A program made the position numbers and the translations under genes. The notes beneath the pieces were generated by a model that had not been told where the DNA came from, searched no databases, and worked only from the letters and a program-made list of their open reading frames with translations. 64,000 bases of DNA from an uncultured archaeon. Lineage in GTDB: Archaea > Asgardarchaeota > Thorarchaeia > Thorarchaeales > Thorarchaeaceae. Where the stretch lies: contig CAZLEV010000001.1 of assembly GCA_964558645.1 (NCBI GenBank), positions 381,568 to 445,567 of the forward strand. Reading direction: 5' to 3'. Of the stretch, positions 36,842 to 46,645 are shown one piece after another; the stretch's first letter is position 1; each line of letters opens with the position of its first letter.

Positions 36842-39037
36842 ATGAACAACTCAGAAAGACGATTCAGTGGTTTTTCAATAAGGTTATTCCAGGTCCTCAT
36901 TCCTGTCATTGTGCTAAACGGGTCGTTGAGTGCCTTGGGGACAGGGTATGCCGTGACCCAAGGAGACAGCGCTGCATTCGAAGGCCCCTTTACAGATGAG
37001 CTGATTTTCAATGTTATCGAGCAGTTCGAAGACGAAGCCCTTGCCCTGCAGAATGGTGATATCGATCTCATTGGTGGCGACATCGATTTGGCCTTTGTAG
37101 CGACTCTTGATGCGGCTGAGGGCATCAATGTCACCAGCAGACTGAGAAACGGATACGGATACCTAACCATCAATACTGCGAAGTATCCATTCAATATCAC
37201 TGCCTTCAGACGGGCTGCGGCATTTGCCTTGGACAAAGAAGCAATATCTAACGAGATCTGGAACGGACAAGCTGTGCCCCTCGACTCCTGCATTCCGGAG
37301 GTGAACCCCTTCTCGATAGAGGGCCAACTGCCGTATTCGTACTACGAGAACGATAGTGCCTACGGCAACTACCTATTGGATTCGGCCGGCTTCTACGATG
37401 TAGATGACGATGGATTTCGCGAGGCCCCTGATGGCTCTGACTTTCACGTTCTCATCCAGTGTGCGGCCTCAAGTCTCATTGGACAACAGATATGCAACGA
37501 GTGCGTTGACGCTCTCAAATCTCTCAAGACAAACGCTACCGCGTCATTTTCTGGATATGATTTAGGGGCCATACTCTACTTCCACGGGGACTACGATATG
37601 ATCTTCCTGGGATCCTCCTTTAGGAACTTCGATGTAGACTGGCTTGCCTACGAGTTCTGGTCTGAATACCGATATGAATCCTACTGGAACTTCGCCAACT
37701 TTGCCAATGAGAGTTTCGATGCTCTGCGCAATCAACTGCTATACTCAACTGACCACCAGGAGGTATATGAGGCAGCCATAGAGATGCAGGAAATACTCGT
37801 CTATGAGTCACCTCTTCTGATTTGCTATCAGAATCAGATGTATTCCGCCTATCGGACAGACAGGTACGAGGGTCATGTCACAGCAGTCCAGTCTGGTGCT
37901 GCATGCTGGTGGACGAAGTATCAGGTCCGGTTGAAAGAATCGCAGGGCGGACCTGTAGGCGGGACGTTCAGGGTCAGCAATAGACTTGACATTGACACCT
38001 TCAACTTCATGGTCACATCGTCTAGGTGCACTTGGAACGTTCTTGAGATGGTCTACGACTCTCTCTTTCGTCAACGACCTGACGGTTCTCTCATGCCTTG
38101 GATGGTGAACGACTACTCGATTGACAGTGTTCAGCCCAATATGACGCGAATAGTAATCGACCTTCATGAAGACCTGCGCTGGAGCGACGGGAGTCCTCTT
38201 ACTGCTGAGGATGCTGCGAGGACGTTCCAGTTCTACCGTGATGCTCCCTCTCATCCTTACGGCAGCGGATTGAGAAATCTAAGTCGAGTCATGTATAGTG
38301 ACAGCCATCGTTTCACTCTCGAATTCAACTCGAGCTCTTACTGGCATTTCACGAAAATTGCGGAGATGCCACTGCTCCCAAAGAGAGTCCTAGACGCTCT
38401 TGGCGAGAAGAACTGGAGCACCTGGAACCCAATGCCTGAAGATGGTATGCTCACATCGGGCCCTTTCGTCGTTTATGAGTACGTTGTCGGCGAATCCGTT
38501 CGTTTGGTGCCCAATCCTCACTACTTCAGAGCACCCCTAACACAGAGAGAAATCCCCGTTTCTAGTTCGTCCTCAACGATTGAGATTGAGCATGGGATGC
38601 TTGGTGGTAGGATTCAGTGGAATATCAACAGAGCTGGAACCTACACATACTGGATATACCATAATGGATCGATGGTGGACGAGGGGTCAACATCTATGGA
38701 TCATATTCGGACGAGCCTTGACGGGCTCGAGCCAGGTCAGCATAACTTCACTCTTCGGTTGATGGACGAGAGGTTGGGCATCATGGCTATAGATACGGTC
38801 TGGGTGCAGGTCCATTCGGCGGCCCCAGGGCAATACCCCATGGTTTGGCCACTCCACCCGCTCAGCATGATCATCACCATTCTTGCTGTTTCTGTGATAG
38901 TCTACTTCACACCTCGGCTTTTTACAGAGCGGACGACATCGAGAATGACGCCTCCGCTGTGGTACAAGCTTACCTTCCACACCGCGGGTGTGAGATTCAC
39001 TATAACTACTCTCCGACGGCCTAATGACACCTGCTGA
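36842..39037 (+). CDS. ABC transporter family-5 (peptide/nickel-type) solute-binding protein with C-terminal Ig-like domain and TM anchor
   Basis: ALQNGDIDL, FRRAAAFALDK, DVDDDGFRE.PDG, YDSL, WSDGSPLTAED, TSGPF, NPHYF. Start set at ATG 36842. Confidence 0.88.
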   Translation: MNNSERRFSGFSIRLFQVLIPVIVLNGSLSALGTGYAVTQGDSAAFEGPFTDELIFNVIEQFEDEALALQNGDIDLIGGDIDLAFVATLDAAEGINVTSRLRNGYGYLTINTAKYPFNITAFRRAAAFALDKEAISNEIWNGQAVPLDSCIPEVNPFSIEGQLPYSYYENDSAYGNYLLDSAGFYDVDDDGFREAPDGSDFHVLIQCAASSLIGQQICNECVDALKSLKTNATASFSGYDLGAILYFHGDYDMIFLGSSFRNFDVDWLAYEFWSEYRYESYWNFANFANESFDALRNQLLYSTDHQEVYEAAIEMQEILVYESPLLICYQNQMYSAYRTDRYEGHVTAVQSGAACWWTKYQVRLKESQGGPVGGTFRVSNRLDIDTFNFMVTSSRCTWNVLEMVYDSLFRQRPDGSLMPWMVNDYSIDSVQPNMTRIVIDLHEDLRWSDGSPLTAEDAARTFQFYRDAPSHPYGSGLRNLSRVMYSDSHRFTLEFNSSSYWHFTKIAEMPLLPKRVLDALGEKNWSTWNPMPEDGMLTSGPFVVYEYVVGESVRLVPNPHYFRAPLTQREIPVSSSSSTIEIEHGMLGGRIQWNINRAGTYTYWIYHNGSMVDEGSTSMDHIRTSLDGLEPGQHNFTLRLMDERLGIMAIDTVWVQVHSAAPGQYPMVWPLHPLSMIITILAVSVIVYFTPRLFTERTTSRMTPPLWYKLTFHTAGVRFTITTLRRPNDTC

Positions 39038-39171
39038 GCTATGAAGGTTTCAAGCCTAGGGACTGATGCGTTGCAATTCGTGCTGACTTACCATGAAGGC
39101 TGTTAGGTTCTTCCCAATATGGCTGCAGAAAAAGCTTCAGAAAGAAGGCATATAAATCAAAAAGGAATCTC

Positions 39172-39423
39172 ATGCTCTTGGTGAGTTTAGTGACCGATGA
39201 GGGTTCTTCCACTCTCGATGAGACTGCTGTTAGACAAATCGTGGATAGGGCTCTCGCAAAGCGTGCCAAGGAATGTAGTTGCTGTGGGCTCTATTTTCTC
39301 TTCGTGTATCATCTGACCATATTTGCATTCTGGCGCTTCTTTAGCAGCAACTTGGGACTCCTGATCGGATTCCAAATCCTCATCGGAGCACTTGCTGTGA
39401 TAAGTATCTGGAAGCTCAGTTAG
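39172..39423 (+). CDS. Small 2-TM hypothetical protein
   Basis: 83 aa with a Cys cluster (CSCC) before two hydrophobic helices. TATAAA at ~39151 just upstream. Confidence 0.55.
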   Translation: MLLVSLVTDEGSSTLDETAVRQIVDRALAKRAKECSCCGLYFLFVYHLTIFAFWRFFSSNLGLLIGFQILIGALAVISIWKLS

Positions 39424-39555
39424 CCAGAGAAGATGCGCCAGTCGTGGTTTAGTGCGATTCACAGAAGTCATGTATCGTCTTCTAGTGGCACGTTGCCCAA
39501 GGAATCTCCACGTGTAGCATCATATCGAAACACCTCCTGTGTCTACACAACCTGC

Positions 39556-40332
39556 CTACCTCAGGATGAGCCGCAGCGGATCGACTCTCTCTCGTAGCGT
39601 CTTCAACTCCTCTTTTGTTGGTGGAGGCTCCACCTGAGACTTAGAGGTGTCAAGTTCAAAACCTGTGCAAGCCTGTATTTCGTTCGGATTGGTGTAATCG
39701 AAATGGTTTTGCACATACATTCTCTTCGTGGTGCTCTCAAATGCCATAACTCCCAGGGTTGTGATCACGGCCTCGGGACCCCCTTGAGAAAGGCCCGCAA
39801 GTCTTCTGGAGTCATATCCATCAAGCCAGCCAGGGCTTGTCAGATAGTCGAGCTCTTCCACAAATCGCCTTGGCTCGTGTTTCATGAAGATCATTGTTCT
39901 ACCCACAAAACATGCCACATCGCATGCGCCACCGCTGCCGGGCAGACGGACTGTGGGCTTCTTGTAGTCGCCTATGACCGTGCTGTTCAGATTCCCATAG
40001 GGGTCTATCTGAGCTCCTGACAGAACGCCCAGAACGGTTGGACCGCTGAACCGATTCTGCATATATGCAAAGGCGTCCGCGAGACCTCCATGATGCGAGG
40101 CGTTGTGCATCACTCTTGAGTCCGCTACCGTCAATGGAATCTCAACTAGTTCTGGGTCAATGGAGCCTGTCTCGAAGAAGACGGTGCAGTTCGGGGCATG
40201 CGTACACTTCGCAGTCATCACGGCAAGCATTGGCAGTCCAGTGCCGCAGAAGACCACATCACTGTCCTGAATCCTTCTTGAACATGCAATAGCCATCATC
40301 TCGAGATGGTTGTACTTCATCTTCTCTGACAC
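39556..40332 (-). CDS. gctB: Family I CoA-transferase, beta subunit (glutaconate CoA-transferase B-like)
   Basis: GTGLP, FETG (catalytic Glu), GAQIDPYGNLN, RLPGSGGACD, TSPG. Confidence 0.88.
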   Translation of the reverse strand: MSEKMKYNHLEMMAIACSRRIQDSDVVFCGTGLPMLAVMTAKCTHAPNCTVFFETGSIDPELVEIPLTVADSRVMHNASHHGGLADAFAYMQNRFSGPTVLGVLSGAQIDPYGNLNSTVIGDYKKPTVRLPGSGGACDVACFVGRTMIFMKHEPRRFVEELDYLTSPGWLDGYDSRRLAGLSQGGPEAVITTLGVMAFESTTKRMYVQNHFDYTNPNEIQACTGFELDTSKSQVEPPPTKEELKTLRERVDPLRLILR

Positions 40333-41285
40333 CTCCTTGCGTATCCCAAGGTGTGGTCGGCCTCGAGACTTCTCAGTCGTTCTCTCCCTATTACATCGAG
40401 ATACTCATCAAACGACTGAAGCTCGAAGACATGCTTCGCCAGATACTCTCCATATAGACTGTCATCCTCCGCGAGTTTCCTGTATTCCAGTAGATGCTCT
40501 GCGTCGTAATCGTAGCAACCGAAGCATGCAGTAGGATGTGCACCAAATGGCTGGTGCACCACTGCATCAATCAGCGTATGAGGCAGGCTGTTCGTCCAAG
40601 GTTTCTCTCTCATCTTATCTGATGGATGAAGCTCTTCGGTTGAAACGACAACATGCTTTGACGCACGTGCCTGTTCAATGTCTGCAAATGTCAGTCCTTC
40701 AATGCTCACTGTTCCGTCTTCAGCGGCTTTCTGTACATGAAGGAGTGTCACATCGGGATTGACGGCCGGGACCAATACCAAAGGCTTCTGTTCACCGCTG
40801 AAAGGGTCCTGGTATTCAATGAGCTTCCTCTGAGGTAGGCTTTCGCGAACTGCTCTTAGCTCAGGATCAAGACCCCATTTCCTCAAGATGTCTGAACCAA
40901 GTGCTGAGGATGTTGGCAGGAATGGAACTCCCATTGCGCCGGCCATGAATCTCAGAGTCATGTGGTAGTTGGTGTAGTCCTCGACCAAGATGGACGAACG
41001 TTCCACTGCTCTTCTGAAGCGAACGCACGTGGACGCGAATCTACCATTCGCTCCATAAGCTAACTCAACAATTCCAGCAAGTCCAGCTCCTATGAGTAGA
41101 TCGAGTGCTTGTCCACCTGAGTGCATGACAATGTGCATATCAGACAAGCCCTGTCTAATCACTTCATGCACCAAGCTCATTGGGTTTCGACTGACTGTAA
41201 AGCCTCCCAGAGATATGCAGTTGCCGCGATGGACATAACGGCGTATGGCTTCTTCAGCACTCATCAATTTGCTAGACGAGTTCAT
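40317..41285 (-). CDS. gctA: Family I CoA-transferase, alpha subunit (glutaconate CoA-transferase A-like)
   Basis: GGF...RNP, DLLIGAG, AGAMGVPFLP, GSD, PDV..LH, PFGAHPT. Start trimmed to ATG 41285 (or 41300) to avoid overlap with the divergent gene. Confidence 0.88.
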   Translation of the reverse strand: MNSSSKLMSAEEAIRRYVHRGNCISLGGFTVSRNPMSLVHEVIRQGLSDMHIVMHSGGQALDLLIGAGLAGIVELAYGANGRFASTCVRFRRAVERSSILVEDYTNYHMTLRFMAGAMGVPFLPTSSALGSDILRKWGLDPELRAVRESLPQRKLIEYQDPFSGEQKPLVLVPAVNPDVTLLHVQKAAEDGTVSIEGLTFADIEQARASKHVVVSTEELHPSDKMREKPWTNSLPHTLIDAVVHQPFGAHPTACFGCYDYDAEHLLEYRKLAEDDSLYGEYLAKHVFELQSFDEYLDVIGRERLRSLEADHTLGYARRCQRR

Positions 41286-41382
41286 TTTCATCCCTTTCAT
41301 GATAGCAGCATCCACGCTACTCGCTACGATATACGACTCTTTTTTAGATACTGATTCAAAGGTGGTTTCACCGGTGCATGAG

Positions 41383-42714
41383 ATGGTTCGAAACGATTTA
41401 CCTAACATGAAGACAGGAGTTCCTGGAGAGCAATCTTCTGAGCTGATGAAGACAGCAGAGAAATACATCCCTAAGGCAGTCTATACAGTGACTCCCCTGT
41501 TTGTTTCCAAGGCAGAGGGAAGTGTCATTGAGGATGTCGACGGTAACCGATTCATAGATTTCGCGACAGGAATAGCATCTGTGAATATGGGGCATAGACA
41601 CCCCAAGGTAATGGAGGCAGTCTCTCATCAACTGGAGGAGTATCTTCATGTGTGCTACCATGTGACTCCGTATGAACCCTACGTTCGTCTGGCGGAGAAG
41701 GTGGCAAACTTGGCTCCCGGTGAGTTCGACAAGAAGGTCGTACTGCTAAACAGCGGTGCCGAGGCAGTAGAGAATGCTATCAAGATTGCCATGAAGCACA
41801 CGGGTAGGCCGAAAGTCATTGCTTTTGAGAATGCCTTCCATGGACGCACCCGAGCTGCACTGGGACTCACAGGAAATGTCAACCCGTATAAGCACGGCTT
41901 CTTCCCACTTGAGACCGGAGTACATCGGGTTCCCTACGCATACTGTTATCGGTGTGCCTTTGGACAGATCTATCCCGATTGCGGTATGAGATGTTTACAG
42001 TACCTTCGAGAAAGGTTAGAAGTGAGCATCGCGCCGGACTCCGTGGCTGCAATTATTGTAGAACCTGTCATCGGTGAGGGTGGATTCATTGTTCCGCCCA
42101 AGGAGTTCTTGACGGGTCTTAGAGAGATATGCGATCAGCATGGGATTCTGTTTGTTGCCGATGAGATTCAGAGCGGCATGGGAAGGACGGGGCGGTTCTT
42201 CGCAGTCGAGCATTATGATGTGGTTCCAGACCTCATTACCATGGCAAAGTCTCTTGGAGGTGGACTGCCCATCTCTGCTGTTGTCGGTCGAAGCGAGATT
42301 CTCGATTCAGTTCATATCGGCGGACTGGGGGGGACATTCATCGGTAACCCTTTGAGTTGTGCTGCTGGGCTTGCTGCGGTAGATGTGATAGGGGATTGCA
42401 TGGATCACGGTAAGAAGCTCGCAGAGATCTTTGCGGCTAGAATGGATGAGTGGTATGAGCAGTATGAGATAGTGGGAGATGTACGAGGATTGGGACTCAT
42501 GCGAGCCATTGAACTGGTGAAGGACCGGGGCACAAAGGAACCTGCAAAGAATGAAACAGCTGAGATCCTGAAGAGGTGTCGGGAGGCCGGACTGATTCTA
42601 CTGAGTGCCGGACCCTACAAGAATGTCATCAGATTTCTCCCTGCCATGAATATGGAAGAGGAGCTCTTTGAGAAGGCCCTTCAGATATTTGAATCATGCA
42701 TTGGAGTGGTATAG
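41383..42714 (+). CDS. gabT: Class III aminotransferase (4-aminobutyrate / 5-aminovalerate transaminase-like)
   Basis: DVDGNRFIDF, NSGAEAVENAIK, FHGRT, EPVIGEGGF, DEIQSGMGRTG, MAKSLGGG. Start trimmed to ATG 41383. Confidence 0.88.
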   Translation: MVRNDLPNMKTGVPGEQSSELMKTAEKYIPKAVYTVTPLFVSKAEGSVIEDVDGNRFIDFATGIASVNMGHRHPKVMEAVSHQLEEYLHVCYHVTPYEPYVRLAEKVANLAPGEFDKKVVLLNSGAEAVENAIKIAMKHTGRPKVIAFENAFHGRTRAALGLTGNVNPYKHGFFPLETGVHRVPYAYCYRCAFGQIYPDCGMRCLQYLRERLEVSIAPDSVAAIIVEPVIGEGGFIVPPKEFLTGLREICDQHGILFVADEIQSGMGRTGRFFAVEHYDVVPDLITMAKSLGGGLPISAVVGRSEILDSVHIGGLGGTFIGNPLSCAAGLAAVDVIGDCMDHGKKLAEIFAARMDEWYEQYEIVGDVRGLGLMRAIELVKDRGTKEPAKNETAEILKRCREAGLILLSAGPYKNVIRFLPAMNMEEELFEKALQIFESCIGVV

Positions 42715-42744
42715 TCTGCCGATTCACCACAGCGTTTCACCTAC

Positions 42745-42867
42745 GGATGGAGATCATCATTCCCGCTCCGTTGTGTGTTGAGTGAGTACGGTGATCTGTA
42801 CTCACTCTGGTGGTCTGAAACACACGCAAGGAATGCAACGACTTGGAACGGAGTTTCATGTCCATCC
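42745..42867. other. Nested inverted repeats (long hairpin) between convergent gabT and VWA genes
   Basis: GAGTGAGTAC (42780-89) / GTACTCACTC (42798-807) nested in GTGTGTT/AACACAC, CTCCGTT/AACGGAG and GGATGGA/TCCATCC. Confidence 0.6.
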
Positions 42868-42960
42868 TGGGAAAGGACACACATTGGCCTAGTCCCTGAT
42901 TGTACTAGTGAGTCTTTGGGCGCTTTCCTAGCCTAATTCCTCTGACTGTAATGCAGCTCC

Positions 42961-44880
42961 TCACCGACTCCTCTTCAGGGCAACAAGTACTACAACAGAA
43001 AACGCCCCAATGATAATCCATACCATACCTATGGGTGGACTGAAGAGCCCCGGGGCCGCTACAAAGACTCCTGTTGTCTGAGCTGTAGTTGTGGCAGTTG
43101 CTGTAATGCTCCAGGTAGCGGCGCGATCATACTCCCCTCCCTCTGTTACCTCGTAAGCTGTTAGAATGAGGGCAGTGTACCCTGCAACAACCAGTCCGTA
43201 TCTCATAGCCAGTCCTATGATTTCATTCTCAAGTTCTTCGGTGGAACCTTCAAGGCTTGTCTGTCTGAGAAGGCAGGATATCCTCTGTTGAGCCCATAAC
43301 CTCTCAATGTGCGGCTTGTCGGTATCGCCAACTCCTTGGGTGTTGGTGTATTGTTCAGGTCCTATCGAATAGTTGATTGACGTGCTTATACTGATCGACT
43401 CTTCGTATCGACCCGTTACCACAACTTCTGTCCCATTGAAGAATGGGCTGTCTGCGAGTGGTTGAAGAGAATTCACCTCTGAGGCACCAGTGAAATGGAT
43501 ATCATAGGAGTCAGCAATCGGGGTTGCGAAGAGCCTGTAGAAGTCCATGAGTCTTGTCGCCGCATCGTCAAAGGGCTCGATGAATGTGAAAAAGCCTTCA
43601 TTCTGGGCGGCAAGGTTAGCCATCAGCCCCTCATCCGCGCCTGCACCAAACGCCACAGTGGAAATAGAAACGCCAAGATCGTTAGCCTCTGCAGCTGCAC
43701 TGAGAATCACTGACGGTTGTATGCTAACCCCAGACGTCGGCTGTCCATCGGACAGAACCAACATGACCTTCGTGGTGTCGTCAGCGGTGAACATGTTCAG
43801 CCCATCAACAACGGCCCCATGGAAGTTGGTAGAGCCGCCTGCGGCGAGGCCGTTTATCCATGACTTGGCTTCGGACTTCGACGAATCACCTGCCTGATGC
43901 GGCTCGACCCAGAGAGATCGTACCTCACTATTGAACTCGATGACATTGAACAGGTCGTTTTGTTTCATGTCATCGACCATGGCACTGAACGCAATCTTTG
44001 CCTGCTCAATCGGAGTACCAGTCATCGAGCCAGAAGTATCGACCACAAACACGAATTGTCTGCGTGTGATGTCCTCCACTTCTGTGATCGTTGGGGCAAG
44101 AAGGTATACGAAGAAGTTCTCTGTGCCGTTGTTGTAGGTGAGCAGCTGGCTGCCCCCTGTCTGGCGTTCCGTAGCGTATTGGACGCCAAGCCCGCCAGGG
44201 ATTACCATATTGGCATCATCATATTCGACTCTGAGACCATCTGCAATCGGTGTGGCTAGAAAACCTGATATTCCCTTTACGGAGTAGCCGATGATTTCTC
44301 CATAATGTGAAACAATCGACATGTTAAGGTTGAATGCTGATTCGATGGGCGCATCTTTAGATATTGGCAGCTCCAAGAGATAACGACCTGAGCTGCGTGT
44401 GAGAAGCCCCTCGAGGAAAACCGTGAGAATTGCCTCAGTGTTGTTCTCTACATTGAGACTCACTTCGTAACCATCCCAATGCCGCGTAACCAGTACTGCG
44501 GTCTTGTTCAATGTCACGCTCTCGTTATAGGTTTCAATTGCCTGTTGTTCTATTTCGACTTTACCCCAGTAGATGAGGTCTTTGAGGGCGACACACATAT
44601 TGCTGAGTCGCAGTCCGGGCTGTAATCCGAACAGCCAAGAGACCTCTCGATCATCGTCGCTCAAAGTATTGTTATACACCATCGTATAGCTGAAGTTGGC
44701 ATAGTTGTCGACGATAGTTCCTTCAACCGATACGCTGCTTGGTCCCAAGGTATCTTGGGATATCAGCCTGGTGTTTTTTTGTGTTTCACCTACTCTCAGA
44801 CTTACCGCTGTGGTGGCAGTTGTGCCGAGCAACAACAAGATCACCATCCACAGTAGTCCTACTAGTTTCCTCCTTTGCAT
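42961..44880 (-). CDS. Secreted, membrane-anchored VIT-vWA protein (inter-alpha-trypsin-inhibitor-like)
   Basis: Signal peptide, VIT-like N-terminus, MIDAS FVVDTSGSM, GGSTN, LSDG, ERLWA, Thr-rich linker, C-terminal TM with KRSR. Confidence 0.9.
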   Translation of the reverse strand: MQRRKLVGLLWMVILLLLGTTATTAVSLRVGETQKNTRLISQDTLGPSSVSVEGTIVDNYANFSYTMVYNNTLSDDDREVSWLFGLQPGLRLSNMCVALKDLIYWGKVEIEQQAIETYNESVTLNKTAVLVTRHWDGYEVSLNVENNTEAILTVFLEGLLTRSSGRYLLELPISKDAPIESAFNLNMSIVSHYGEIIGYSVKGISGFLATPIADGLRVEYDDANMVIPGGLGVQYATERQTGGSQLLTYNNGTENFFVYLLAPTITEVEDITRRQFVFVVDTSGSMTGTPIEQAKIAFSAMVDDMKQNDLFNVIEFNSEVRSLWVEPHQAGDSSKSEAKSWINGLAAGGSTNFHGAVVDGLNMFTADDTTKVMLVLSDGQPTSGVSIQPSVILSAAAEANDLGVSISTVAFGAGADEGLMANLAAQNEGFFTFIEPFDDAATRLMDFYRLFATPIADSYDIHFTGASEVNSLQPLADSPFFNGTEVVVTGRYEESISISTSINYSIGPEQYTNTQGVGDTDKPHIERLWAQQRISCLLRQTSLEGSTEELENEIIGLAMRYGLVVAGYTALILTAYEVTEGGEYDRAATWSITATATTTAQTTGVFVAAPGLFSPPIGMVWIIIGAFSVVVLVALKRSR

Positions 44881-45099
44881 GATTGCTGACCTCTCACTGT
44901 CATTACATCAGGTCCTGCTTATCCCCTCTGGTGCCCATAGGCACACATTGGACGACAAAACCCCCAAGATAGACCTCGCAATAAACTAGGCCTAGCCTAG
45001 ATATTGCTCTAATTGTTGAACAATCTGTTCAGGATTTAGAACCGTTACTTCTGGCAGAATGAGTTTGAATTGGATGATTGTTTGCAGTTCTGACGGCAG

Positions 45100-45137
45100 A
45101 TGAACAAGAGCGGGAGGCTGATTCCTCCCTTGTTCAT
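45100..45137 (-). terminator. Hairpin downstream of the LURP-one-like gene
   Basis: ATGAACAA (45100-07) / TTGTTCAT (45130-37) enclosing GGGAGG / CCTCCC, 30 nt past the stop. Confidence 0.45.
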
Positions 45138-45166
45138 GACCACGTTGACCTGACCTATCCTCGATG

Positions 45167-45763
45167 CTACGGCCCACCTAGCATACTGGCAATGGTGAGT
45201 ACGACGAATAATCCAAGGAATGCTAGGCAGCACAACAATCGACAGCCACAACCTTTGCCCCTAAAGAATATCCTGTCAACCACTATGGCTGAGGCCACGG
45301 CGTGCTTCCAGTCCATGTAGTCTCCTACCTCGACGCGGAATTGGTCGCGGACTGCGATTATCTTCTTGTCAAGTTTGAAGGCAAAGTGCCCTGATCGACT
45401 CACAGCCTCGAAACCCCAGGCCATGATACCCCCTTGCGCATGAATCTCATCATCGCGATAATGCATTGTGAATCTTTTCCTGAACATGATCCAGGGGCGG
45501 GTAATCTTCGCAATCTTGTTGCCAGATGGGTCTAGAAGATGGAATGTCTTGTCGAAGAATCCACCTTTGGCGGTTAGAATCTTGTTCCCTGCTGGGTCTT
45601 CGAAGTGGACCGTCGAGCGTAGGAAGCTAAGCCATGTTTGTCGGGCAACGCCGACCTTCTCTCCGGTCTCTTCGTCGTAGATCTCGTAGACTGGTCTTGC
45701 TGCGACCAGCTTCTGTTGTACTTTGTAGAAATGACGTCCTTCTTTCTTAGGTTCGACTTCCAA
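45167..45763 (-). CDS. LURP-one-related / scramblase (Tubby C-like) protein with Cys-rich C-terminal TM
   Basis: KVQQKL...YEIYDE..G..VG, repeated D..GNKI beta-hairpins, KKIIAVRDQFRVEV, central helix AVASAIVVD, tail GCGCRLLCC plus TM. Confidence 0.8.
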   Translation of the reverse strand: MEVEPKKEGRHFYKVQQKLVAARPVYEIYDEETGEKVGVARQTWLSFLRSTVHFEDPAGNKILTAKGGFFDKTFHLLDPSGNKIAKITRPWIMFRKRFTMHYRDDEIHAQGGIMAWGFEAVSRSGHFAFKLDKKIIAVRDQFRVEVGDYMDWKHAVASAIVVDRIFFRGKGCGCRLLCCLAFLGLFVVLTIASMLGGP

Positions 45764-45827
45764 ATCAATCTCCCTTGCAATCCGTAACCTCTATTCCTTT
45801 TAAGAGCTTCTTAGATACGCTGCTATC

Positions 45828-46478
45828 CTACTTGATCGATGGTCCTGTGTCAGCGACCTGAAACCACTGGCCGCATTGTGGACAGTTGATGCCGCCTGAG
45901 GTGTCGAGTCGTGAAGGCCCAACCACGGACTGAGCTCCGCAATGCGGACACGTCGCATGCCTGTCATGGATTGATGCTAGTTCTTCCGACTCACCAGGCT
46001 CATCAGCAAATTCGACTGCGACGTTTCGTCCGATATAACCCCCGGCAAGTGCTAGGATGAAGAATGCCACGACAAATGAGCCTATGCCAAAAAGCATTGT
46101 AGATGCAAAGGCAATGACGACTAGATCGAGAACGGGGATTATCAGGAATTGCATGAATGTGAAGAGAACGCCCTGTCCAAGGAGGCTAGTGATGCTCTTC
46201 CTCACTCTTGTTTTCCAGACGAGCTCCGTTACGAAGGTGTTCAATCCACCGATTGTGATCAGATACCCGATGGTCATGACGAGCAACAGAATGAGCATCT
46301 CTGTCAAGGTACTCGTTATCATCATCATCAGGACGAAGTCCAATAGGTACACAAAAAGAAGCGATTGAATCGCAAATGGAATTCCGTGAATGAAGTACCT
46401 GGTCAGGTTGTCCCCACTTCGTTTCTCGTGAAGACTGGTCTGTTCAATTCCCCACCGTTCGTTCATGGTAGACATCAT
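45828..46478 (-). CDS. 4-TM membrane protein with C-terminal zinc ribbon
   Basis: Four hydrophobic helices followed by CPHCG...CPQCG. Start trimmed to ATG 46478. Confidence 0.8.
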   Translation of the reverse strand: MMSTMNERWGIEQTSLHEKRSGDNLTRYFIHGIPFAIQSLLFVYLLDFVLMMMITSTLTEMLILLLVMTIGYLITIGGLNTFVTELVWKTRVRKSITSLLGQGVLFTFMQFLIIPVLDLVVIAFASTMLFGIGSFVVAFFILALAGGYIGRNVAVEFADEPGESEELASIHDRHATCPHCGAQSVVGPSRLDTSGGINCPQCGQWFQVADTGPSIK

Positions 46479-46614
46479 TGAAACCTTAACATAAAAGAAT
46501 GAGCTCTTCTTGTCGCTCAACCAAAGAATTGGCCTCATCCCCCCCACTGGACACACATACGTTCGTTCCACCTCCTTGGTCGATAGCCCCGAAACAGACA
46601 CGAATGTTTTAAAT

Positions 46615-46630
46615 ACAAAGTGTTATAAAA
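46615..46630 (+). promoter_or_regulatory. Archaeal BRE/TATA promoter candidate
   Basis: ACAAAGTG followed by TTATAAAA (46623-30) in an AT-rich island. Predicted TSS ~46646-46655. Confidence 0.6.
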
Positions 46631-46645
46631 TAATAGTAACTCATA

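Noticed and set aside
41245-41468. Apparent 224-nt head-to-head overlap of gctA and gabT in the ORF track
   Set aside because: Artefact of longest-ORF starts. Family-like sequence begins at ~41285 (minus) and 41383 (plus).
42878-42935. CRISPR-like repeat-spacer unit (39-nt spacer)
   Set aside because: The left and right flanks differ from each other, there is no tandem array and no cas genes are present.
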